NCBI GenBank assembly: GCA_029932365.1
Contig: JAOZQG010000006.1
Span: 1 to 44,510 of the forward strand
From: a bacterium
GTDB taxonomy: Bacteria > 4484-113
Direction: 5' to 3'
DNA: 44,510 nt
Made by a program: the position numbers and the translations under genes. Within the stretch, counting starts at the first letter, position 1; each line of letters begins with the position of its first letter. The notes under the pieces are model-generated. The model was not told the DNA's origin and searched no databases. It was given only the letters and a program-made list of their open reading frames with translations. Shown here piece by piece: positions 8,519 to 17,471 of the stretch.

Positions 8519-9848
8519 GAAGTGCACCCGCAATACTGAGGTCATTGCGCCGCAAATCCAGCGGCTGCCCTACGACAGCGGCGTCTCTGGAATCGCTCCT
8601 GATTATCCGGACAACGGGATTCAGCAAGTCCTCGGGATGCAGGCGCGTCACCAGAGCCAGCCGTTCGTCGGCGAGCTTTACCGCCGACCCCACCGGGTAG
8701 ATGCCCAGCTCTTTTAGGAATAGCCCCGTCGTGCTGGAATAGAAGTTATTGGATACACGGGCCAGAATCCGTATCGCGGCGCTTCGCGGTGCAAGCCGGG
8801 GCAGGCGCGGTTTGCTCAGCGTGAGCAGCGCAAATTTGCTGGCCAGAGCAAGCAACTGCGAGTGCTGCGGGATTGAATCGTAGGAAAGACCGTAGGGGAA
8901 GCCTTCACCGTCGGCGTGCTCGTTTTGTAAAAACACCATTTCCAGGACGGATTCCTCGACTCCCTCCGCGCGGCGCAGCTTGTGATAGAGGTTCTTGTAT
9001 TCATCGGGGAGCTTTTCCAGCGCCGATTCGGCAATCTCGCCCGCACGCGCGAGCTGCGATACCACGCTCGCCAAACCCAGGTTGTAACAAGCGATTCCCT
9101 TGATGAATTCGCCCTGACGCTTGCGCTTTTCTCCGTCGGGCGCTGCAACCTTCAGGAAAACGATTACGGTGCGGACCGTATGAGCCGGGATCAGGTCCGC
9201 CGCATCGCCTAAGTCCTCCAAGCTCACGTAAGAGTTGCTGTCCAGGTTAAGTCCGTTCAGGACGAATTGAGCCAGCTCGCCTAGCGTTTCGTTGCTCACG
9301 GTCTCCCCGGCGGAAATCCGGGCCTGGGCGTGCTTGAGCCGCTTGCTCACTTCTGAAGCCAGGACCGGCGACATCACGGGCACCAGGCCGGCATCGCTGC
9401 GCAATTGCTCTTTGTGGCGGGAAAACCACTCCTCTTCTTCCGTGGGCGTTTCCACCGGAAGCGACCGGTCGGGCTCCAGCGCACGGGCGTAAGCGTAAGC
9501 GTGAAGGTGCAGCGTCTGGGCGGGCCGCAGTCGAGCGGACACCTCCGGCAACAGCTCGCCGGCGCACTCCTTATCCAGCGCCGCGATAGCGTCGCTGAGC
9601 TTGGCGTCGGGCACGTTCGCCAGCGGCTCCAGGATTTCGTAGTCGTCCGTCGGCTCGGTCACTTCGGTTCCTGCGGTTTCGTCAACGATTACTATCTCGC
9701 CGACTCCATGGTCTCTCAGGTGGCTTATGTGTTCTTCCGTGAGCTCGCTGAACGCCGTCAGGAAGGTGTCCTTGCCGACTTTCACGTCCAGCGCCAGGCG
9801 CTGGCCAGCTTTAGCCTGTTCAACGGTGATTAATCGGGTTCTAGCCAT
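8508..9848 (-). CDS. HD-GYP-like protein with degenerate catalytic motifs
   Basis: QNEHADGEGFPYGL aligns to HHERxDGxGYPxGL; C-terminal LGIYPVGSAVKL...P is the usual HD-GYP tail; start probably ATG 9848. Confidence 0.78.
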   Translation of the reverse strand: MARTRLITVEQAKAGQRLALDVKVGKDTFLTAFSELTEEHISHLRDHGVGEIVIVDETAGTEVTEPTDDYEILEPLANVPDAKLSDAIAALDKECAGELLPEVSARLRPAQTLHLHAYAYARALEPDRSLPVETPTEEEEWFSRHKEQLRSDAGLVPVMSPVLASEVSKRLKHAQARISAGETVSNETLGELAQFVLNGLNLDSNSYVSLEDLGDAADLIPAHTVRTVIVFLKVAAPDGEKRKRQGEFIKGIACYNLGLASVVSQLARAGEIAESALEKLPDEYKNLYHKLRRAEGVEESVLEMVFLQNEHADGEGFPYGLSYDSIPQHSQLLALASKFALLTLSKPRLPRLAPRSAAIRILARVSNNFYSSTTGLFLKELGIYPVGSAVKLADERLALVTRLHPEDLLNPVVRIIRSDSRDAAVVGQPLDLRRNDLSIAGALREF

Positions 9849-9955
9849 GCAGACAGTAATCTTACCCAAAGCGGTGAGCGATGTCTATGCCATAAGTCCT
9901 ACAATCTAAGGGTAAAAACCCGTCCCCAAAAGCGCCGTTGTCCTATAATCACCGC

Positions 9956-10618
9956 GTGGATCTGCTGTCGCGCATCGACCATACGCTGCTTAAGATAGAC
10001 GCCGGCACGAGCCGCGAGAGTTTTTTTGCGGGCGCGCGGCTGACGCTGGAAAACGGCCTGCGCTCTTTTGTGGTGCCACCTAATCTCGTCTCCTCATTAG
10101 CAAGGGAATTCGCCGACCTGCGCGTGGTGACGGTTGTAAGTTACCCGCTGGGATGTGACGCTACAGCGATAAAGGCCACGTCCATACGGCGCGCGGCCGA
10201 AGACGGCGCGCGCGAGGTGGACATCGTGCTCAATCTGGTTTCACTGGTCGCCGGCACAGGCGAGTACATGGAGGAAGCGGTTGAGCTCTGTGATGCCGCG
10301 AGCGACGCGGGGATTGCAGCTAAGCTGATTATCGAAACGCCGATACTCGGCGAAAAGCGCATCCGCGAGATCTGTGCGGCACTCATGCCTTTAGAATTTC
10401 TGGCGCTGAAGACAAGCACGGGCTACGGGCGGGAGCCCGCCAGCGCTGAGGATGTGAGGACTCTGCGCGAATGCCTGGGAGATTCGCATCAAGTGAAAGC
10501 TTCGGGCGGTATCGGCAGCCTGAAGCAGGCGCGGGAGTTCGTGGAAGCGGGCGCGGACATACTGGGCACCAGCCGCACCACAACGATAATCAGCGAGCTT
10601 CAGGCCGGATGGTACTAA
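9956..10618 (+). CDS. deoC: Deoxyribose-phosphate aldolase
   Basis: IDHTLLK, VVSYPLG, GAREVDIV, KLIIET, KTSTG, VKASGGI, GTS; start revised to GTG 9956, 6 nt after TATAAT. Confidence 0.93.
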   Translation: MDLLSRIDHTLLKIDAGTSRESFFAGARLTLENGLRSFVVPPNLVSSLAREFADLRVVTVVSYPLGCDATAIKATSIRRAAEDGAREVDIVLNLVSLVAGTGEYMEEAVELCDAASDAGIAAKLIIETPILGEKRIREICAALMPLEFLALKTSTGYGREPASAEDVRTLRECLGDSHQVKASGGIGSLKQAREFVEAGADILGTSRTTTIISELQAGWY

Positions 10619-10624
10619 CTAAGC

Positions 10625-12244
10625 TTAATGCAGGAAGCTACGGTAGGGAACGAACACAAGACACAGCTTCAGCGCGTTGGCGCGGGCGATGACCTCGTGG
10701 TCCCGGATGCTTCCCCCGGGTGCTGCCAGCACGTCCACCCCGGCCTTGCTGGCGAGCTCCACGGAGTCGGCGAAGGGGAAGAAGCCGTCGGATACCAGCA
10801 CGGAGCCGGACACGCGCTTGCCCGCTTTTTCTATGGCGATTCTCGCAGCATCCACGCGGTTGGGCTGGCCGGTTCCGGCACCCACCATCATCAAATCCTT
10901 GAACAGCGCCACGGAGTTGCTCTTCAAGAAGCGAATTACTTTCATCCCGAACGCCAGATCGGGCTTGTACTGCGGGCGCAAGGGCGTGTCGCTCACTACC
11001 TCAATATCGCCGGGCCGCATAAGCTGCAGGTTTTCCTCCTGAACTAAAAAACCAAACGGCGTGCGTAAAAACTGGAGCGGGGTCTCGGTCTTTTTTTCGT
11101 TGGCGGCGACGACCCTTTTGCGCTCCGCTTCCAGCGCACGGGCGCCGGTTTCTAGCAGCCGCAACTTCTTTTTCGCCGCGAGCAGGCGCGTCGCTTCCCG
11201 GCTGAACTTGGGCGCCACCACCACTTCAAGGAAGGTCTTGGCGATCTCCCTGGCTTCGGCCTCCCCCACTTCAAAGCTGACTCCCAGGATGCCACCGTAA
11301 GCCGATATGGGATCGCCTTCCTTAGCGCGCTGGATGGCGCGCACCGGGTCGTCGTCGCAGGCTGCCCCGCAGGGGTTGACGTGCTTGACCACGCAGGCGG
11401 CGCAGGGCTTGTCGTAGGGCATGCGGCAGAAACGGAAGACCGCGCCGGCGTCCAGGAAATTGTTGTAGCTCATCTCCTTGCCCTGCAGCACCTTGAAGGG
11501 CACGGTGACGCCCTCCGAGGGCGTGTAGAGCGCCGCGCGCTGGTGGGGATTTTCCCCATAGCGCAGATTGCGCGTACGGGTAAAGGTGAGCTTGAGCCGC
11601 CCCTCCAGTTCCAGCGCGGGCTTTTTCAGGCCGGCTTTGCGCCGCTTTTCCCGCTCCAGCGCTGCGGTGAAGTAGTCCTCAATCGCTTCGTCGTACTCGC
11701 GGCAGTAGACCAGCGCCTTTTTTGCGTACTTCAGGCGCAGCTCGTAAGGGATATCCCCTTCGCAGTCGCGGTATTCCTGGATGAAAGGCTTGTAGTCTTC
11801 GGGATCGACCAGGACGATAACGTGCGGGAAGTTTTTGGCCGCGGCACGCACCAGCGTCACCCCGCCGATGTCGATTAGCTCCTGGGCGGTCTCCATGCGC
11901 GTGCGCTTGCGCACCTTCTCCTTGAAGGGATAGAAGTTGACCGCCACTAAATCTATCGGCGCAATTCCCAGCTTGTCCAGCTTGCGCCGATGGCGCTTTT
12001 TGCCCCGGTCGGCCAAAATTCCTGCGTAGAGCTGGTAGTGCAGCGTTTTCACCCGGCCGCCCAGCATCTCCTTGCCCCCGGTGAGTTTCTCGATGGGCTT
12101 GGCGGGGACCTTTTTGGCTTTTAGCTCTGCAAGCGTGCCGCCCGAGGAGTAGATGTTTGCGCCTTCCTCGGCGAGGAATCTCCCCAGGGTGCTGGCCCAG
12201 CTTTTGTTGAATACGCTGATTACGGCGGTCTCGATCTTACCCAT
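10625..12244 (-). CDS. purH: Bifunctional AICAR formyltransferase / IMP cyclohydrolase
   Basis: GGRVKTLH, IDIGGVTLVRAAAKN, LRYGENPHQ, SYNN, KHVNPCG, KSNS, SDGFFPF, PGGSIRD. Confidence 0.96.
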   Translation of the reverse strand: MGKIETAVISVFNKSWASTLGRFLAEEGANIYSSGGTLAELKAKKVPAKPIEKLTGGKEMLGGRVKTLHYQLYAGILADRGKKRHRRKLDKLGIAPIDLVAVNFYPFKEKVRKRTRMETAQELIDIGGVTLVRAAAKNFPHVIVLVDPEDYKPFIQEYRDCEGDIPYELRLKYAKKALVYCREYDEAIEDYFTAALEREKRRKAGLKKPALELEGRLKLTFTRTRNLRYGENPHQRAALYTPSEGVTVPFKVLQGKEMSYNNFLDAGAVFRFCRMPYDKPCAACVVKHVNPCGAACDDDPVRAIQRAKEGDPISAYGGILGVSFEVGEAEAREIAKTFLEVVVAPKFSREATRLLAAKKKLRLLETGARALEAERKRVVAANEKKTETPLQFLRTPFGFLVQEENLQLMRPGDIEVVSDTPLRPQYKPDLAFGMKVIRFLKSNSVALFKDLMMVGAGTGQPNRVDAARIAIEKAGKRVSGSVLVSDGFFPFADSVELASKAGVDVLAAPGGSIRDHEVIARANALKLCLVFVPYRSFLH

Positions 12245-12379
12245 AGGCTGCTCCCGGCCTTGTTGACCATTGAGTCGCGGCCGCTTTATACCAAATATCG
12301 GATGCGGTGTCTATGGCGTGGCGGGGCTTCAGGCGGCTAAATTGTATATCGGGCGCGAAAATGCGCTGTGCGCGGCAGC

Positions 12380-12679
12380 CTAATCGCTCAGCGGACGCAA
12401 AACTTCATTGAGCGTTTCCAGATAGGCGGCGAAAGCGGCGTGGCCGGCGTCGGTGATATGCACATAAGTTGCGGCGTCGGCCAGCGCGGCGCGCTTCTCC
12501 ACCGTCACAAAGCCCGCCCTTTGCAGCGCGCGCAGGTGCGAGGCCAGATTGCCCTGTGTAAGTTTAAGCGCATCGCGCAGATAAGTGAAGCGCAGCGAGG
12601 GGCCTTCGGCGACCAGCTGCACCATTATCGCCAGCCGCACCGGCTCGTGAATTCGCTTGTCCAGCGTCTGAGGCGACAT
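12380..12679 (-). CDS. Winged-helix transcriptional regulator (ArsR/MarR-like)
   Basis: LDKRIHEPVRLAIM, F..LRD.L.LTQGNLASHL..L..AGFV, ITDAG..AF..YL; start revised to ATG 12679. Confidence 0.88.
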   Translation of the reverse strand: MSPQTLDKRIHEPVRLAIMVQLVAEGPSLRFTYLRDALKLTQGNLASHLRALQRAGFVTVEKRAALADAATYVHITDAGHAAFAAYLETLNEVLRPLSD

Positions 12680-12692
12680 ATTTGGCACCACT

Positions 12693-12738
12693 CTGTTTGT
12701 ATTACAAACAGTATAGCGCAAATGGGTTGCGTGCGCAA
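12693..12738 (-). promoter_or_regulatory. Promoter with an overlapping palindromic operator for the wHTH gene
   Basis: TTGCGC-17 nt-TATACT on the minus strand; perfect inverted repeat CTGTTTGTA-T-TACAAACAG at 12693-12711 covers the predicted start site. Confidence 0.7.
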
Positions 12739-12974
12739 GTTATCCCTAAGCGGGCGATGAAATAGCGCGGTTAAGTATGCATTTGTGTGCACTGCATACA
12801 ATAGGGTTTTCCCGGCAGAAGACACACTTCGCTATTCTGCTATAGCCAAAGATGTGGAGTCATAAACGACCGCCCATTGTCGCACAGGGTTAAATCGCTT
12901 CCCAGCTCGTGATAGGCGAGCCAACCAAGCAGCAAGCCCCGCCGCCACCGCATTAGCTTTGGCGAAGCCCCAGT

Positions 12975-14222
12975 TTAGAGCCCATATTTGGCGACGATGT
13001 CGTCTTTGGATTTTCCCAGGATGTCGTATTTGGCGCCGATCTTGGTGAAAGCCTCAAGGGCCTTGTCAAGGTGCTCCTTTTCGTGCGCGGCGGAGATCTG
13101 AGTGCGGATACGAGCCTGGCCCTTCGCCACTACGGGGAAGAAAAAGCCGATGACGTAGACGCCCTCGTCAAACAGGTCGCGCGCCATATCCTGCGCCAGC
13201 TTGGCGTTATAGAGCATAATGGGCACAATCGGCGTCTGGCTCTCCTTGAGGTCGAAGCCGGCGCTCTCAAGGCCTGCGCGCCAGTACTTGGTGCTCTCCT
13301 CCAGCTTGTCGCGTCGCTCGGTGGTCGCAGTGATTATGTCCATAACTTTATTCGCCGCCGCTACTACAACCGGCGCGACCGTGTTGGAGAACAGGTAAGG
13401 CCGAGCGCGCTGGCGGCACATCTCGACAAGCTCCGCGCGTCCGCTAACGCAGCCTCCCGATGCACCGCCGAGTGCTTTGCCGAGAGTGGTGGTTATCGCA
13501 TCGATGCGCCCCAGAACACCGCAGTGCTCGTGCGTGCCCTTCCCTTGTTTCCCGATAAAGCCGGTGGCGTGAGAATCGTCCACCATAACCATCGCGTCGT
13601 ACTTGTCGGCTAAATCGCATATCACGTCGAGCTTGGCCATATCGCCGTCCATGGAGAAGACACCGTCGGTGATAATCATCCTGTAGCGGGCATCCTGATG
13701 CTCCTGGAGCTTTTTCTCCAGGTGCTCCATGTTGGAGTGTTTGAACGTGTCGTGCTTAGCCGGACACAGGCGCATGCCATCAACTACCGACGCATGCACC
13801 AGCCGGTCGGCAATCATCACGTCCTCGGCCGTCAGTATCGCCTCAAACATCCCGGCGTTGGCGTCCATGCAGGACGCAAAGAGCACGGTGTCCTCCGTCT
13901 CAAGGAACGCGGTCAGCTTTTCTTCCAGCTCGCGGTGTATGTCCTGCGTGCCGCAAATGAAGCGCACGGAAGACATACCATAGCCGCGCATATCCAGCCC
14001 CTCATGCGCAGCTTTAATCACCTCGGGATGGCTGGAAAGCCCGAGATAGTTGTTGGCGCAGAAATTAAGCACGTCTCTCGGCTTACTTCCAGCAGGAAAC
14101 TCGACTTTAATTTCAACACCCTGCTCGGAATGGATGTAACGCTCCTCCTTGAACAGCCCGTCGTTTCGAATACCATCTATCAGCCCCTTATAGGCAGATC
14201 TTACCTTTTCTGAATAAGCCAT
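12975..14222 (-). CDS. kbl: Glycine C-acetyltransferase (2-amino-3-ketobutyrate ligase)
   Basis: NFCANNYLGL, SSVRFICGTQDIH, DGVFSMDG, DDSHATGF, TLGKALGG (PLP lysine), RQRARPYLFSN, ARIRTQ. Confidence 0.93.
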   Translation of the reverse strand: MAYSEKVRSAYKGLIDGIRNDGLFKEERYIHSEQGVEIKVEFPAGSKPRDVLNFCANNYLGLSSHPEVIKAAHEGLDMRGYGMSSVRFICGTQDIHRELEEKLTAFLETEDTVLFASCMDANAGMFEAILTAEDVMIADRLVHASVVDGMRLCPAKHDTFKHSNMEHLEKKLQEHQDARYRMIITDGVFSMDGDMAKLDVICDLADKYDAMVMVDDSHATGFIGKQGKGTHEHCGVLGRIDAITTTLGKALGGASGGCVSGRAELVEMCRQRARPYLFSNTVAPVVVAAANKVMDIITATTERRDKLEESTKYWRAGLESAGFDLKESQTPIVPIMLYNAKLAQDMARDLFDEGVYVIGFFFPVVAKGQARIRTQISAAHEKEHLDKALEAFTKIGAKYDILGKSKDDIVAKYGL

Positions 14223-14300
14223 GATTATCCTCCTGGCAAAATGAATTGTGAATGGTTGTTATAGTGCTAGAAAAGCTCCGGGCACCTGTCGCCCTGCAGG

Positions 14301-14549
14301 CTATTCCGCATCAGGATTGAACTCGTGAACCAAATCGATTATCTTGCGCACCGTATCGAAAGCCTCGGGAGCAGCCTTCTCGTCAGGGATACTGATGCCG
14401 TACTTGTTCTCCAGGAACGTCTTCAGTGACACCATCGAGAAGGAATCGACTATCCCGCTCGATATCAGCGGCGTATCGAGACCCACTTCGTCGTCTTCTT
14501 CCAGATATTCATCCTTGATGTACTCAATGATGAGGTCCTGCATCGCCAT
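14301..14549 (-). CDS. Stand-alone acyl carrier protein
   Basis: 82 aa, very acidic; GIVDSFSM phosphopantetheine serine motif; FDTVRKI; SD AAGGAG. Confidence 0.9.
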   Translation of the reverse strand: MAMQDLIIEYIKDEYLEEDDEVGLDTPLISSGIVDSFSMVSLKTFLENKYGISIPDEKAAPEAFDTVRKIIDLVHEFNPDAE

Positions 14550-14563
14550 AATTTTTTCTCCTT

Positions 14564-16282
14564 TTATTCGTCTTCAAGAGTCGATATGTCGCCTATGGGC
14601 TCTCCCCTGTCCATCGCGCGGAGCACGCGCCGCATTATCTTGCCGCTTCGAGTCTTGGGCAGCTTGTCCATAAACTCGATGTATTGCGGCATAGCCAGAG
14701 GAGACAGCCTCTTCCGGACAAAGTTCATTATACTCAATTCAAGGTCTTTGGTTGGCTCAAAACCGGACTTTAGCGCCACGTAGGCCTTGACCACTTCCAT
14801 ATTTACCTTGTCGGGAGTGCCGATGGCGGCTGATTCAGCCACAGCTTCGTGCTCCAGCAGGGCGGACTCAACCTCGAACGGCGCGACGAGGTGGCCGCCG
14901 GTGTTGATGACATCGTCGTCACGCCCCTCAAACCAGTAGTAACCATCTTCGTCAATGCGCGCGCGGTCGCCGGTTATGTACCATCCGTTCTTGAATTTGC
15001 TCTCGTATATCGTGCGGTTTCCCCAATACTCCCGGAACATCGAGGCCCACGGTGGCTTGAGTGCCAGCTTGCCCGGCTTGTTGGGTTCGGTGATGGGCTC
15101 GAACCGGTCGTCGAGCACTGCGGCAGTCGTCCCGGGGAAAGGCTTGCCCATTGAGCCGGGCCGCACTTCCATCCCCGGGTAGTTTGTGATCATTATCGCT
15201 CCGGTCTCGGTTTGCCACCACGTATCGTGGAACGGCAGCCCGTACACTTTCTCCGACCAGATCACCGCCTCCGGGTTGAGGGGTTCACCCACGCTGCAAA
15301 GATGGCGCAGCGATGACAGATCGTACTGCTTGACGATTTCCTCTCCCTCACGCATCAGCAGCCGGATTGCAGTGGGCGCGGAGTACCAGACTGACACCCG
15401 GTGCTTTTCTATGGCGGAGTACCAGCGGGCAGGAATGAAACCGACCTCCAGGACGAGCTGCGTCGCCCCCAGGCTCCAGGGGCCGATGACGCCGTATGAG
15501 ATGCCGGTTACCCAGCCGGGATCCGCAGTACACCAGTAAACGTCATCCGGCTTAAGGTCCATTACCCATTTGGTCGTGATGTACTGCGATAATATGGAGC
15601 CGTGTACGTGCAGCGCGCCCTTCGGCTGACCGGTAGTGCCGGACGTGTAGTGCAGGAGTGAGGGCGTCTCCTCGGTGGCAGGAAAAACAGGGAAGACCTC
15701 TACCGGCGGCGCATCCTCCACTGAATACGCCATTTCGTCTCCCTTGAGTTTGCTCTCGTCATCAGCATCCACAACAATGACGCGCTTGAGCGCGGGCAGG
15801 CCCGGCCTTGCTTTGCGCAGTTTGCGCGCGAGACGAGGGCTTGTGATGCAGGCGACCGCGTCACAATTAGCCAGACGCACCTGTAGCGCCTCTTCTCCAA
15901 ACGCGGAGAACATAGGGACGGCAATAGCACCAAGCTTCAGGATGCCCAGAAGAGAAAAGTACAACGAGGGAACACGGTCCAGGTATATGGCAACACGCTC
16001 ACCATCCTTGACGCCAAGTTCCTGGAGGAGTTTCGCAAAAGCATTGCTGTACAGGCGCATCTGGTCAAACGTGTACTTGCGCTCCTCCCCCTGAGTGCTT
16101 TCCCAGATGAGCGCGGTCTTGCCGCCCAGACCTTGTTCGCAGATACGGTCGGTGCAGCACCACCCTATATTACGGGGCGCTCCGTCTTCGAATCCCAACT
16201 CCTGTGAAACAGCATCCCACGTGAAGTTCTTCACCCGTTCTTCATACGAGCCAATGTTAGTACCCGACTTGTCCGTGTTCAT
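14564..16282 (-). CDS. acsA: AMP-forming acetate ligase (AcsA-like ANL-family enzyme)
   Basis: YTSGTTGQPKG, WCTADPGWVTG, GEPLNPE, DTWWQTETG, TGD, GRDDDVI, PKTRSGKIMRR. Confidence 0.88.
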   Translation of the reverse strand: MNTDKSGTNIGSYEERVKNFTWDAVSQELGFEDGAPRNIGWCCTDRICEQGLGGKTALIWESTQGEERKYTFDQMRLYSNAFAKLLQELGVKDGERVAIYLDRVPSLYFSLLGILKLGAIAVPMFSAFGEEALQVRLANCDAVACITSPRLARKLRKARPGLPALKRVIVVDADDESKLKGDEMAYSVEDAPPVEVFPVFPATEETPSLLHYTSGTTGQPKGALHVHGSILSQYITTKWVMDLKPDDVYWCTADPGWVTGISYGVIGPWSLGATQLVLEVGFIPARWYSAIEKHRVSVWYSAPTAIRLLMREGEEIVKQYDLSSLRHLCSVGEPLNPEAVIWSEKVYGLPFHDTWWQTETGAIMITNYPGMEVRPGSMGKPFPGTTAAVLDDRFEPITEPNKPGKLALKPPWASMFREYWGNRTIYESKFKNGWYITGDRARIDEDGYYWFEGRDDDVINTGGHLVAPFEVESALLEHEAVAESAAIGTPDKVNMEVVKAYVALKSGFEPTKDLELSIMNFVRKRLSPLAMPQYIEFMDKLPKTRSGKIMRRVLRAMDRGEPIGDISTLEDE

Positions 16283-16364
16283 ACAGCCGTTCCTTATGAT
16301 TTCACAGGGTTCTCTTTGGCTTGAGCGCCGTTACAATTCGCGCTGCCGTCCCGTTTTAACGCAG

Positions 16365-17351
16365 TTAAACATCTCCCTTATACAGCTCGCCCTTCTCATG
16401 GCGCTCCTTCAGGCGTTTAAGCATATCCTCGGTCATCTTCGCCAGGTCGTAGGCCGGCTGCCAGCCCCACTCTTCCCGGGCGGCGCTGTCGTCAAGGCTG
16501 CTGGGCCAGCTGTCCGCAATGTCCTGGCGGAAGTCGGGCTCGTAGGTGACCTCGAAGTCGGGGACATGTTTCTTAATCTCGGCAGCCAGCTCACCCGCGG
16601 TGAAGCTCATCGCGCCCACGTTGAAGTCGCCGTGATGCTTGAGGGATTCGAACGGCGCCGCCATCAGGTCCATCGTGGCTTTGATGCAATCGGGCATATA
16701 CATCATAGGCAGCGCAGTGTCCTCTCTCACAAAGCAGGTGTATCGCCCTTCCTCGATCGCCTTGTAGTAAATCTCCACGGCGTAATCCGTGGTGCCCCCG
16801 CCGGGCAGCGTCTCCGCTGAGATGATTCCCGGATAGCGCAGGCCGCGCGCGTCAACGTTGAATCTTCGGACATAGTAATCGCAGAGCAGCTCGCCGGCAA
16901 CTTTGGTGACACCATACATGGTAGTGGGCTTCAGCACGGTTTCCTGAGGCGTGTTGTCGCGCGGGGTTTCCGGCCCGAACACGGCGATACTGGAGGGGCA
17001 GAGCACCTGAACCAGGTCGTGCTCGCGCGCCGCTTCCAGCGTGTTGATAAGGCCGGTCACGTTCACGTCCCAGCATCGCTGCGGGTTCTTCTCGCCCTTG
17101 GCGGAAAGTATCGCCGCCATATTGACAATGGTGTCGATGCTGAACTCCTTGATGGTTTCGTTCAGCCTTTTCCGGTCCACCACATCGCACCAGGTGAAGG
17201 GCCCCGAATCGCGCAGCTCGGGCGAAGGTTTGGTCTTTCGCCCCGCCGCAACCACGTTGTCCGCGCCATACTTCTCGCGCAGCGCGAGCGTGAGTTCACT
17301 GCCAATCTGGCCCACCGCGCCGACTACAAGTATGCGCTTGATTTCCCGCAT
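16365..17351 (-). CDS. tdh: L-threonine 3-dehydrogenase, extended SDR type
   Basis: GAVGQIG, AAILSAKGE, PSSIAVFG, PTTMYGVTK (YxxxK), PGGGTTDYAV, PMMYMPD, RQDIADSWP; SD GGAGG. Confidence 0.9.
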   Translation of the reverse strand: MREIKRILVVGAVGQIGSELTLALREKYGADNVVAAGRKTKPSPELRDSGPFTWCDVVDRKRLNETIKEFSIDTIVNMAAILSAKGEKNPQRCWDVNVTGLINTLEAAREHDLVQVLCPSSIAVFGPETPRDNTPQETVLKPTTMYGVTKVAGELLCDYYVRRFNVDARGLRYPGIISAETLPGGGTTDYAVEIYYKAIEEGRYTCFVREDTALPMMYMPDCIKATMDLMAAPFESLKHHGDFNVGAMSFTAGELAAEIKKHVPDFEVTYEPDFRQDIADSWPSSLDDSAAREEWGWQPAYDLAKMTEDMLKRLKERHEKGELYKGDV

Positions 17352-17442
17352 GCCTACCTCCGGGTGGGGAGTATTCAGATTAACCGATCATGGTGCCAGG
17401 ATTTATATCACACGCTATCGACCGGCTCCATTCCCGCGCACC

Positions 17443-17471
17443 AAGTTACACAAGGCTATGACCTTTGTCAA
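17443..17471 (-). promoter_or_regulatory. Sigma70-type promoter for the tdh-acsA-acp-kbl cluster
   Basis: TTGACA-17 nt-TAACTT on the minus strand; a second extended -10 (TGATATAAA) lies at about 17402-17410. Confidence 0.6.

Noticed and set aside
12975-17351. Reading the cluster as sphingolipid synthesis, since oxoamine synthase + ACP + acyl ligase + SDR matches the Caulobacter ceramide locus layout
   Set aside because: The synthase has Kbl-specific motifs (RFICGTQ, RPYLFSN), the SDR has Tdh motifs (GGGTTDY), and the ligase has the acetate-type WWQTE pocket; no ceramide synthase is nearby. It is kept only as an architectural analogy.
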